The translations under genes were made by a program, and so were the position numbers. The notes below the pieces were generated by a model, which was given only the letters and a program-made list of their open reading frames with translations, was not told where the DNA came from and searched no databases. DNA of 64,000 bases, taken from assembly GCA_965225915.1 (NCBI GenBank), contig OZ245326.1, positions 2,616,701 through 2,680,700 of the forward strand. Direction: 5' to 3'. Position 1 is the stretch's first letter; each line of letters starts with the position of its first letter. The stretch comes from a bacterium. GTDB taxonomy: Bacteria > JAAXHH01. Positions 17,424 to 25,785 of the stretch are shown one piece after another.

Positions 17424-19406
17424 GTGCCGCAACATGAACGGAGGTATTCCATTTCCCCGGAACCACCTCGAAACCGCGGATCAACGGCCGTAACCCTGCG
17501 GGCCGGGATCATCGGTCTAGGGCTTTCCGCCGTGGTGGCCGTCTGGGGACAGTTCGCCGCCGACCACGCCGGGTACAACTACGTCACCTACGCCCATCTG
17601 CCCTCGGCGCTGCTTATCCCCTTCCTCGTGCTGATCCTGGGACCCCACGTCCTGCTGAAGATCCTGGCGCCCAGGCACACCCTGACGACCCCCGAACTGG
17701 TCGTGGTTTTCGCCATGGGACTGATCGGTTCGATGGTACCCGACTGGGGCATGACGCGGTACCTGGTCTCCATCATCACCGGACCCTTCTATCACGCCAG
17801 TCCCGAAATCCGCTGGGCGGAAACCTTCTTCGACACGCTGCCCGCGTGGCTGGTGATCAGCGACAAAACCGACGCGGTACGGATTTTCTACGAGGGGGCC
17901 GGCCCCGGGTACGACATCCCGTGGATGGCCTGGATCTCGCCCCTGCTGTGGTGGATGTCGTGTTTTGCCGCCCTCATGTGGACCGGCGCGTGCATCGTGG
18001 TCATCCTGAGGAAGCAGTGGGTCAGCCACGAAAGGCTGCGTTTCCCCCTGGGCGAGGTGGCGCTCAACCTGATGGGTCTGCAAAAGGACGAAGACAGGCC
18101 GCCCATGGTCCGCACGAACGCCTTCCGGATCGGCGTCGTCCTGTCGCTGACCGTCGTTCTTTGGAATATCGTTTCCTACTGGGGCTTTGTTTCACCGATT
18201 CCCATCATGGGACCGGACCTGGTGTACGTGAAGGTGCACCCGTCGATCCCCGATCTTCCCATCAGGCTGAATGTCTTCGTGCTCTGTTTCGCCTTTTTTG
18301 TCAATGCCGAGATCCTGTTCAGCCTTTGCTTCTTCCTCCTGCTCACGACGCTGCAACGCGGCGTACTGAACATGCTCGGGGTTACGGCGGCGACGACGAT
18401 GTCGCCCACCGGACTGGTGGGCACGCAGTCCATCGGCGCCCTGATCGCCCTGGTGGTTTGGGGACTCTGGATGGCCCGGCGTCACCTGGCCGCCGTGGGC
18501 AGGCGGGCGTTCCGGAAGGATACGGCAGTGGATGACCGGGAGGAGTTCTTCTCCTACCGAACAGCGGTGTTCGGAATGATCTTCGGATTGATCTACCTGC
18601 TGGGTTGGCTCTACAGCATCGGCATGTCGCTGCCGGTCAGCCTGGCCCTGCTCGCCGTCCTCTTCATCGTATACCTCGGCATGGCCAGGATCGTCGCCGA
18701 GGCGGGCCTCGTCGCCATGGACCTGCCGGTGAACGCCAACGTCTTTACCGCGGGCATCATCGGCGCCGACAACCTCAACTCTTCCACCATCACCGCCCTG
18801 GGCATGACGAACGCCTTTGCGCGGAACTGGCGGACTTTCACGATGATCGGGCTGTCCCACACCGCGTATCTCCAGCGCTGGATGCAGCCGGCCACCCGGC
18901 ACCTCTTCCTGTGGATCTGCCTGTCCTTCGCCGTGAGCGTCGTCGCTTCGCTGTATTATTACATCAGCGCGGGTTACGCCGTGGGCGCCGACAACCTGCT
19001 ATCCAAGCCCGGCGATCTCGTGCCGTTCTTCTACAATACCATCATGCAGTGGAACAGCAGCGCGAGTAGTGTTTCGGGACTTGAACTGGTATTTTTCGGC
19101 AACGGCGTCGCCCTGTACATGCTGATGATCCTGGGGCGCTTCCTCTTTCTCTGGTGGCCGCTGCATCCCATCGGACTCGTCGCCGTGGCCGCGGACACCG
19201 TCCGGTTCATGTTCCTGCCGTTCCTGCTGGCCTGGCTCATCCAGGTGATCCTGCTGCGCCTGGGCGGGGGAGCGCTGTACCGCAAGGCGCAACCCCTCTT
19301 CCTCGGCATCCTGGTGGGCTACGTCGTGGGCATGGCGCTATCGTTCCTGGTGGACAGCCTCTGGTTTCCGGCGACGCCCCACCAATTCGAATCCTTCATC
19401 AACTGA
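17424..19406 (+). CDS. polytopic membrane protein of unknown family (paralogue A), candidate transporter
   Basis: At least 12 hydrophobic segments. It shares LRKQWVxHERLxFPL, NAxARNWRT and WWxLHPIG blocks with the protein at 23306-25300. The GTG start lies 7 bp after the preceding stop. Confidence 0.75.
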   Translation: MPQHERRYSISPEPPRNRGSTAVTLRAGIIGLGLSAVVAVWGQFAADHAGYNYVTYAHLPSALLIPFLVLILGPHVLLKILAPRHTLTTPELVVVFAMGLIGSMVPDWGMTRYLVSIITGPFYHASPEIRWAETFFDTLPAWLVISDKTDAVRIFYEGAGPGYDIPWMAWISPLLWWMSCFAALMWTGACIVVILRKQWVSHERLRFPLGEVALNLMGLQKDEDRPPMVRTNAFRIGVVLSLTVVLWNIVSYWGFVSPIPIMGPDLVYVKVHPSIPDLPIRLNVFVLCFAFFVNAEILFSLCFFLLLTTLQRGVLNMLGVTAATTMSPTGLVGTQSIGALIALVVWGLWMARRHLAAVGRRAFRKDTAVDDREEFFSYRTAVFGMIFGLIYLLGWLYSIGMSLPVSLALLAVLFIVYLGMARIVAEAGLVAMDLPVNANVFTAGIIGADNLNSSTITALGMTNAFARNWRTFTMIGLSHTAYLQRWMQPATRHLFLWICLSFAVSVVASLYYYISAGYAVGADNLLSKPGDLVPFFYNTIMQWNSSASSVSGLELVFFGNGVALYMLMILGRFLFLWWPLHPIGLVAVAADTVRFMFLPFLLAWLIQVILLRLGGGALYRKAQPLFLGILVGYVVGMALSFLVDSLWFPATPHQFESFIN

Positions 19407-19467
19407 AACCTGCCCGAGAACATGGAAGAACGATCGGGATAACCCGAAACACATGCGAGGCTAAACC

Positions 19468-20829
19468 ATGACAGGTACCAAACGCCCCAACCTGTTGTTC
19501 ATCATGGATGACCAGCACCGCCACGACTACCTGTCCGCGGCAGGCGCATCATTTCTAAATACGCCGAACCTGGACCGGCTCTCGCAACGCGGGATCCGCT
19601 TCACGCAATGCATCACCAACGCCCCGGTGTGCGCGCCCGCGCGCATTGGCCTGGCCAGCGGATACCAGCCGGCGCGGCTGGGTTGCCTGGACAACAATTG
19701 CTACCTTCCCCGGCACATCACGCCCTATTACGCCCGCCTGCGGGATGCGGGGTACCGCGTAGGCTGCGTGGGTAAACTCGATCTCGCCAAGCCGGATCCC
19801 TACAACGGCCTTCACGGCGATCGTCCCCGGGTTTTCGGATGGGGATTTACCCATCCCGTGGAGTGCGAGGGCAAGATGCACGCCGGCATGGCGGACGAAC
19901 CCCGGGGACCGTACGGATTCTGGCTGCGGAATCAGGATCTCTTCGAAGGCTTCAGGGCGGACTACGCGGCGCGGGGAGCGAAGGGATGGATCGAAGGCGC
20001 GTCCCACGACTCGGTCCTGCCCCTCGAGGCCTTCGAGGACATTTACATCGGACGTCGCGCCGTCGATTGGATCGAAGCCGTGCCGGACGACTACCCCTGG
20101 CACCTGTTTGTGAGTTTCGTAGGTCCCCACGACCCCTTCGATCCACCCGCGGCTTACGCCGACCGTTACCGGGACGCGGAGGTGCCGCCTGCCGTGCGCA
20201 GCGCGAGAGAAGGGAAACCGGACTGGGTCAACGCGCGGCGTCGCGACCTGTCCGACGATGAGGTCGCGGTCACCCGTCGCCAGTACTGCGCCGCCATTGA
20301 ACTCATCGACGACCAGGTGGGCCGGATCATCGAGGCTGTCGAGCGGCGGGGCATGGGAGAGGACACCTATATTGTTTTTGCCAGCGACCACGGGGAGATG
20401 CTGGGCGATCACGGCATGTACACCAAGTCCCTGCCCTACGAGGCGGCCCTGCGTGTGCCCCTGATCGCCGCCGGACCGGGCATACCGGGCGGGCGGACCT
20501 CCGACGCTCTCGTGGAACTGATCGACGCCAACCCCACCCTGTGCGCCCTGGCTGAACTGCCGGCCCAGGACGGCCTCGACGCGATAGACTTCGGCGCCGT
20601 GCTCACCGGGGAACGGTCTACCCACCGGGAGGAAGGAGCCAGCGCGCTGCGTCAGTTCAGGCTGGTCCGTACGGCGGAATACAAGCTGGTCTCACACGAG
20701 ACGGGCGAGACGGAACTATACGATCTGCAGAATGATCCCGAAGAAAGGGATAACGTGGCGGCGGACCGTTTGGATTCGGTAAGGGAGCTCAGGAGGCGGC
20801 TGCGCCGCCGGTTTCACTTCCCGCCCTGA
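19468..20829 (+). CDS. sulfatase (formylglycine type), no signal peptide
   Basis: NLLFIMDDQHR metal-site start and the CAPAR (CxPxR) formylglycine motif followed by IGLASG. The rest has the sulfatase core layout. Confidence 0.9.
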   Translation: MTGTKRPNLLFIMDDQHRHDYLSAAGASFLNTPNLDRLSQRGIRFTQCITNAPVCAPARIGLASGYQPARLGCLDNNCYLPRHITPYYARLRDAGYRVGCVGKLDLAKPDPYNGLHGDRPRVFGWGFTHPVECEGKMHAGMADEPRGPYGFWLRNQDLFEGFRADYAARGAKGWIEGASHDSVLPLEAFEDIYIGRRAVDWIEAVPDDYPWHLFVSFVGPHDPFDPPAAYADRYRDAEVPPAVRSAREGKPDWVNARRRDLSDDEVAVTRRQYCAAIELIDDQVGRIIEAVERRGMGEDTYIVFASDHGEMLGDHGMYTKSLPYEAALRVPLIAAGPGIPGGRTSDALVELIDANPTLCALAELPAQDGLDAIDFGAVLTGERSTHREEGASALRQFRLVRTAEYKLVSHETGETELYDLQNDPEERDNVAADRLDSVRELRRRLRRRFHFPP

Positions 20830-21671
20830 CCGCTTGCAGCACCGCTGTAAGGCGCCCCGGAAGGCGCGGCGTGTTGGGGAGAGACGATCTTCCTGCGATC
20901 GGGCGTCAGGCGGTCCAGCAATTCGGGTGACGGCTGGTACCCGTGGCGGAAGTTGCCCCAGGACGGTCCGTACCGGTAGACCACGATACGCCGCGTTCCC
21001 GCGTTTCGGCGGGTGGCCGAACCGTGGGAAATGCCATCCACGAACAGCAGGGCGTCGCCGGCTTCCATGAACAATTCGACGGAAGCGGTGATGCCTTCCA
21101 CGGAGGCCCCCTTCGGCTTCATGGCGTGGCGGGCGTATTCGGGATGGATGAAGTTGGACTTGTGGCTACCGGGAATGACCATGGTGGCGCCGTCCCCCGG
21201 ACCGATGTCGGTCAGGGCGATCAGCACGTTGATCTGTCCGCACATGAACCGGCCGCCATCGTAGCGGAATCCATTGCGCATGATCCGCGGGAATCCCCCG
21301 GAATGCAGTCCGATCGCCTCGCCCGGTTCCCGGAAATTGGCGAGGTTTTCGTCGATGAACAGCGGTCCGTGGCTGTAGTCGAACGTCCCTTCCCCGCCCA
21401 CGAAGTGCTTTAGCTTATCGATCCAGGATGGATGATCGATCAGGGCTTCAAAGGGGGCGCCCGCCTCGTAAATCTGTTGCAGGTTCAGTCCGTCCACGGT
21501 GCCATAGGTATGGGCATGAACGCAACCGTGCCATTCGCCGGGCGACAGGGGCGGGATTTCGTCCAGGCAGGCGTTCAGTTCAGTCACCTCTGCCCCGGTC
21601 AGGGCCTGCTTCATGTGGATGAAGCCCTGCAGGTCGAAGAGGTAGATATCCAGGTCGTCGGGTTTGCTCAT
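20814..21671 (-). CDS. PhyH-family 2OG oxygenase-like protein with HxG instead of HxD (candidate halogenase)
   Basis: GLHSGGF: H123 is encoded at 21303-21305 and G125 at 21297-21299. VIPGSHKSN and the distal GISHGSATRR are retained. Its 3' end overlaps the sulfatase 3' end by 16 bp. Confidence 0.7.
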   Translation of the reverse strand: MSKPDDLDIYLFDLQGFIHMKQALTGAEVTELNACLDEIPPLSPGEWHGCVHAHTYGTVDGLNLQQIYEAGAPFEALIDHPSWIDKLKHFVGGEGTFDYSHGPLFIDENLANFREPGEAIGLHSGGFPRIMRNGFRYDGGRFMCGQINVLIALTDIGPGDGATMVIPGSHKSNFIHPEYARHAMKPKGASVEGITASVELFMEAGDALLFVDGISHGSATRRNAGTRRIVVYRYGPSWGNFRHGYQPSPELLDRLTPDRRKIVSPQHAAPSGAPYSGAASGQGGK

Positions 21672-21857
21672 GGGGAAGCACCGGTTGCCGATGGGAAATC
21701 CAGTTGATTTGTGGTTGGTGATTCGTTACTCTCTTGACCGGCAATATAGTACGCCACCCGGCGATACACAACCCAATTACCCCGGCCATATGGCCAGGCG
21801 CCGGCCGGGTCCATTCCAGACCGATGCACCCCGTGGAAACAGGACGAGGTAACCTGG

Positions 21858-23228
21858 ATGAAGGCCGTTTCAACGCCCAATATTCTGATCGTGCTGAGTG
21901 ACCAGCTGCGTCGCCAGGCCCTGTCCACCTACGGCGATCCCAACATCGTTACGCCCCACGTAGACGCCCTGGCCGACCGGGGCGTGCGCTTCGAAAACGC
22001 CAGTTCGACCTGCCCCATCTGCGTCCCCTTCCGCTTTTCCTTCATGACGGGCCTGTACGCCCATGACCGGAAGGTCCCGGGGATCGAGTACAGGATGTCT
22101 CCTGCTGAGCGGACCCTTGCGGACGAATTCAACGAGGCGGGGTACGAGACGATATACACGGGGAAATGGCACCTGGACGGCGGTCACGGCCGCATGGGGT
22201 CGGCCCGCCAGTGCGGGCGGACGCCCGTAAAGAAAGCCTACCGGGGCCGCTGGGAGAAATGGCTGGGTTTCGAGCTCAGGAACGGTCCCTTCGATACGTT
22301 TTATTTCGAGGACGACGACCCGACGCCTCGACCGATCGAAGGGTACCAGACCGACGGTCTTTTCGATCTGGCCATGGACAACCTGGAACACCGGGACCCG
22401 TCCCGGCCCTTCTGCATGGTGATCTCCGTCGAGCCGCCCCACGATCCCTTCGAAGCGCCGGAAGCCCTGCAACGCACCTGGGAGGCGATGGACATCGTAC
22501 TGCCTCCCAACGTCGAGGCGGCCGCCTCCGAAGACTTGGAACGGATCATGCTCAACCGGAAGCGTTACTACGCCATGGTGGAGAACCTGGACTGGAACAT
22601 GGGGCGACTTGGCGCTTTTCTGTTACGGACCGGACTCCAGGATGACACCGTTGTCCTGTTTCTTTCTGATCACGGCGAACTCGGCGGTGCCCACGGACTA
22701 CGGGGAAAGCAGTGGCCTTACGAGGAGTCGACGGGCATTCCCCTGATCGTGGTGGACCCCAGGTGGCCGGAGCGGGCGGGCGACACGATCCAGGATCCGG
22801 TCTGCACCGAGGATCTGTTCCCCACCATCCTGGGTTTGGCTGGAGTGAAGTCGAAAGACGACCTACCGGGTACCGACCTCACCCCGCTGATCCACGGCGA
22901 CGTCGATCATTTGAAAAGGGAAGGCGTGATGCTCGAATTCGTGGCGGAGTTGAGGCAGGGCATGGCCTTCTACGAATGGGTATGGCGCGGATTCCGGACC
23001 GCCCGGTACAAGTACACCGTTCGCGGGGACAACCACGGCGGCGGCCCGTGGCAGTTTTTCGACCTGGCGAATGATCCCTGGGAACAGCGGAATCTCCTGG
23101 ACGATCCCGCGTACCGGGAAGAAATCATACGGCACCATGACCTCCTTTTGCACAGGATGAAGGAAACGGAAGACCACTTCGTACTCCTTCCGGCATTCGG
23201 CCGGAAAGGGTTGAACACCTGGGATTAG
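21858..23228 (+). CDS. sulfatase (formylglycine type), no signal peptide
   Basis: NILIVLSDQLR start and the CVPFR (CxPxR) motif followed by FSFMTG. Confidence 0.9.
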   Translation: MKAVSTPNILIVLSDQLRRQALSTYGDPNIVTPHVDALADRGVRFENASSTCPICVPFRFSFMTGLYAHDRKVPGIEYRMSPAERTLADEFNEAGYETIYTGKWHLDGGHGRMGSARQCGRTPVKKAYRGRWEKWLGFELRNGPFDTFYFEDDDPTPRPIEGYQTDGLFDLAMDNLEHRDPSRPFCMVISVEPPHDPFEAPEALQRTWEAMDIVLPPNVEAAASEDLERIMLNRKRYYAMVENLDWNMGRLGAFLLRTGLQDDTVVLFLSDHGELGGAHGLRGKQWPYEESTGIPLIVVDPRWPERAGDTIQDPVCTEDLFPTILGLAGVKSKDDLPGTDLTPLIHGDVDHLKREGVMLEFVAELRQGMAFYEWVWRGFRTARYKYTVRGDNHGGGPWQFFDLANDPWEQRNLLDDPAYREEIIRHHDLLLHRMKETEDHFVLLPAFGRKGLNTWD

Positions 23229-23305
23229 ACCGCGCGGCATTCGAGCGGCAATGAACCGGATCCGTACTCTGCAACGACGGAACGCCATAGGAAATCGAAG
23301 TTTCC

Positions 23306-25300
23306 ATGTCCCTTTCCAGCACGACATCCGCGCAGACCGGTAGAGATGAAAGCGGAGGATCCGGGGCGACCCTCACGTCGGGTATGACAAAAAAGGCGCT
23401 GTTTATCGGCGTCGTCATGTCCGTCCTCCTGAATATCTGGACGCTCCATGCAGCGTATGTCACCGGGTCGTCCTATATCAGCCTGACCCATCTGCCCGTC
23501 GCCGCGTTGTTCCCCTTCATGCTGGTCCTGCTGGTCTTCAATCCCCTGATGAAGTTCTTCTGGCCGGCCTGGGTCCTGAACCGGTATGAACTCATTGTCG
23601 TTTTCTTCCTGGTCTTCACGGCTTCGACCATTCCCGCCTGGCCCTTCAGTTCCTACTGGATTTCGGCCATCACCGCGCCCCACTACTATGCCACGACGGA
23701 GAACCAGTGGGCGGAACTGTTCTTCCAGTACCTGCCTTCATGGCTCATCGTTTCCAACGAGCAGCAGGCCATATCCTGGTTTTTCGAGGGCGTGCCGGAA
23801 AGCAGACCCTCTATCCTTGGGCTGTTACGCAACACCTGGTCGATACCGCTCTTCTGGTGGATCACTTTTTTTCTGGCGATCTTCGTCGTCGGCGCGTCGG
23901 CCATGGTCATGCTTCGGAAACAATGGGTGGAACACGAAAGGCTGACCTTTCCGCTGGCGCAGATCCCGTTGATCCTGATCGAGGAAGGGACGGGCCGCCG
24001 GGCCCTGCCCGCCGTGATGCAGTCGAAACTGTTCTGGTACGCCTTCGGCCTAACGCTGTTCATTTTCCTTTGGAATATCGTGGGATTCTTCAACTGGGTC
24101 AGTTCGATCCCCATCGGTCCCCTGCACAACTTCACCCTGGTCCTGGCCCGGTCTTTTCCGGCCATACCCATCCGGTTCAATTTCCTGGTGGCCGGGGTCG
24201 GGTACTTCACCAACCTCAACGTCCTGTTCAGCATATGGGTCTTCTTCGTTATCATGATCATACAGCAGGGCATCATGATCCGTCTCGGCGTACCCAAGGC
24301 TTTCGCGGTCGTCAAGTCGCAGCATTCCGGGGGGTTTCTCATCTTCTCCCTTTTCGCCCTCTGGACCGCGCGGCGGCATCTGAAGGACGTGTTTATGAAG
24401 GCGATTGGAAGAGCCCCCCATGTGGACGATTCGAAGGAGTTCTTCTCCTATCGCATGGCCATGCTGGGCGTGCTTGGGGGCGTAACGTATATCGTCTGCT
24501 GGCTGTACGCTTCGGGAATGTCCCTGGGCATCATCGTCTTCATGATGGGGTCGTTGTTGATCATGTTCGTTGGTGTGACCCGCATCGTGGCGGAAACGGG
24601 CATCGTTTTCCTGGATCTGCCCTTCGAGACCCATGATTTCACCGTCGCCGTCATCGGGTCCGGCAGCATTGGTACGCGGGACCTGACCAACCTGGCCATC
24701 GGCAACGCCTACGCACGCAATTGGCGGACCCTCGGCATGTGTTCCATGGGACACATCGCCAAGGTGGACGATGAAATGGGGGGAACGGGAAAAGGGGCGT
24801 TCCGTGCGATCACCGGGGTGCTCGCCCTTAGCATCATCGTGGCGGTGGCGTACACCGTGTACCTGGGATATACCCACAGCGGGGCGTCGAACTTTCTTGA
24901 GCCCGCCTTCAACACGGGAAGCAAGCTGCCCTACGACAATCTCGTGAGATGGATCAGCAACGAACAGGCGATCACGGGAATGGAATTCTGGTTCATGGCT
25001 TTCGGTGGTGTGGTTACCGCGCTGTTGATCCAGGCCCACCATCGATTCACCTGGTGGTCGCTCCATCCCATCGGGTTCGCTGTGGTCATGACGCCGGGCA
25101 TGGTCAGTTCCGTGTTTTCAATCTTCGTGGTCTGGTTCGTAAAAGCCCTGTTGCTCAGGGTGGGGGGCATCCAGCTGTACCGGAATGGCATACCCGCCGT
25201 CCTGGGTATGCTGGTCGCCTTCGTGCTCGGCGTATTCCTGTCTTACGTGGCGGACTGGATCTGGTTTCCGCAGGCCGGCCATCCAGTACAGACCTGGTGA
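23306..25300 (+). CDS. polytopic membrane protein of unknown family (paralogue B), candidate transporter
   Basis: Colinear with the protein at 17424-19406 over its full length, by eye roughly one third identical. Confidence 0.75.
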   Translation: MSLSSTTSAQTGRDESGGSGATLTSGMTKKALFIGVVMSVLLNIWTLHAAYVTGSSYISLTHLPVAALFPFMLVLLVFNPLMKFFWPAWVLNRYELIVVFFLVFTASTIPAWPFSSYWISAITAPHYYATTENQWAELFFQYLPSWLIVSNEQQAISWFFEGVPESRPSILGLLRNTWSIPLFWWITFFLAIFVVGASAMVMLRKQWVEHERLTFPLAQIPLILIEEGTGRRALPAVMQSKLFWYAFGLTLFIFLWNIVGFFNWVSSIPIGPLHNFTLVLARSFPAIPIRFNFLVAGVGYFTNLNVLFSIWVFFVIMIIQQGIMIRLGVPKAFAVVKSQHSGGFLIFSLFALWTARRHLKDVFMKAIGRAPHVDDSKEFFSYRMAMLGVLGGVTYIVCWLYASGMSLGIIVFMMGSLLIMFVGVTRIVAETGIVFLDLPFETHDFTVAVIGSGSIGTRDLTNLAIGNAYARNWRTLGMCSMGHIAKVDDEMGGTGKGAFRAITGVLALSIIVAVAYTVYLGYTHSGASNFLEPAFNTGSKLPYDNLVRWISNEQAITGMEFWFMAFGGVVTALLIQAHHRFTWWSLHPIGFAVVMTPGMVSSVFSIFVVWFVKALLLRVGGIQLYRNGIPAVLGMLVAFVLGVFLSYVADWIWFPQAGHPVQTW

Positions 25301-25347
25301 TCGGGAACTGCGTTCGATTCACTTTGTAAAGGCGTGGGAGGTTTCTG

Positions 25348-25737
25348 GTGTCGGAAGAACAGGATCCCCAGGAAGTACTGGACCGCATCATGGAAAGCGA
25401 CGGCCGCTTTCCACGGCGGGCCTACCTTTTCGTCATGGAAGCCGTTTCGTATACGGTGTCGAAACTGTCCGCCCGAAGGCACATCACCGGCAAGGAACTC
25501 TCCCTGGGCATCAGGGACTTCGCCATCGAGCGGTTCGGCATCGCGGCGAGACTGGTATTTGAAGAGTGGAACATTACGAAAACCCGCCACTTCGGCGATA
25601 TCGTCTTCAATCTCGTCAACGAGGGATTACTTCGGAAAACCGAAGAGGACGCCATCGAGGATTTCGACGATGTATTCGATTTCACCACGGCGTTCGAGAC
25701 CGAATTCCAGATCGAAGTGGAAACGAAGCGCCGCTGA
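25348..25737 (+). CDS. small conserved hypothetical protein (resembles the Minf_1886-type family of PVC bacteria)
   Basis: GTG start with GGGAGG 6 nt upstream. The HITGKELSLGIRDFAIERFG...EEWNITKTRHFGDIVFNLV pattern is recalled from that family. The family call is tentative. Confidence 0.5.
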   Translation: MSEEQDPQEVLDRIMESDGRFPRRAYLFVMEAVSYTVSKLSARRHITGKELSLGIRDFAIERFGIAARLVFEEWNITKTRHFGDIVFNLVNEGLLRKTEEDAIEDFDDVFDFTTAFETEFQIEVETKRR

Positions 25738-25785
25738 ACGACGAACCTGTTCAACACCAAGTCCCCGGGCACGCGGCCGGTGGTC

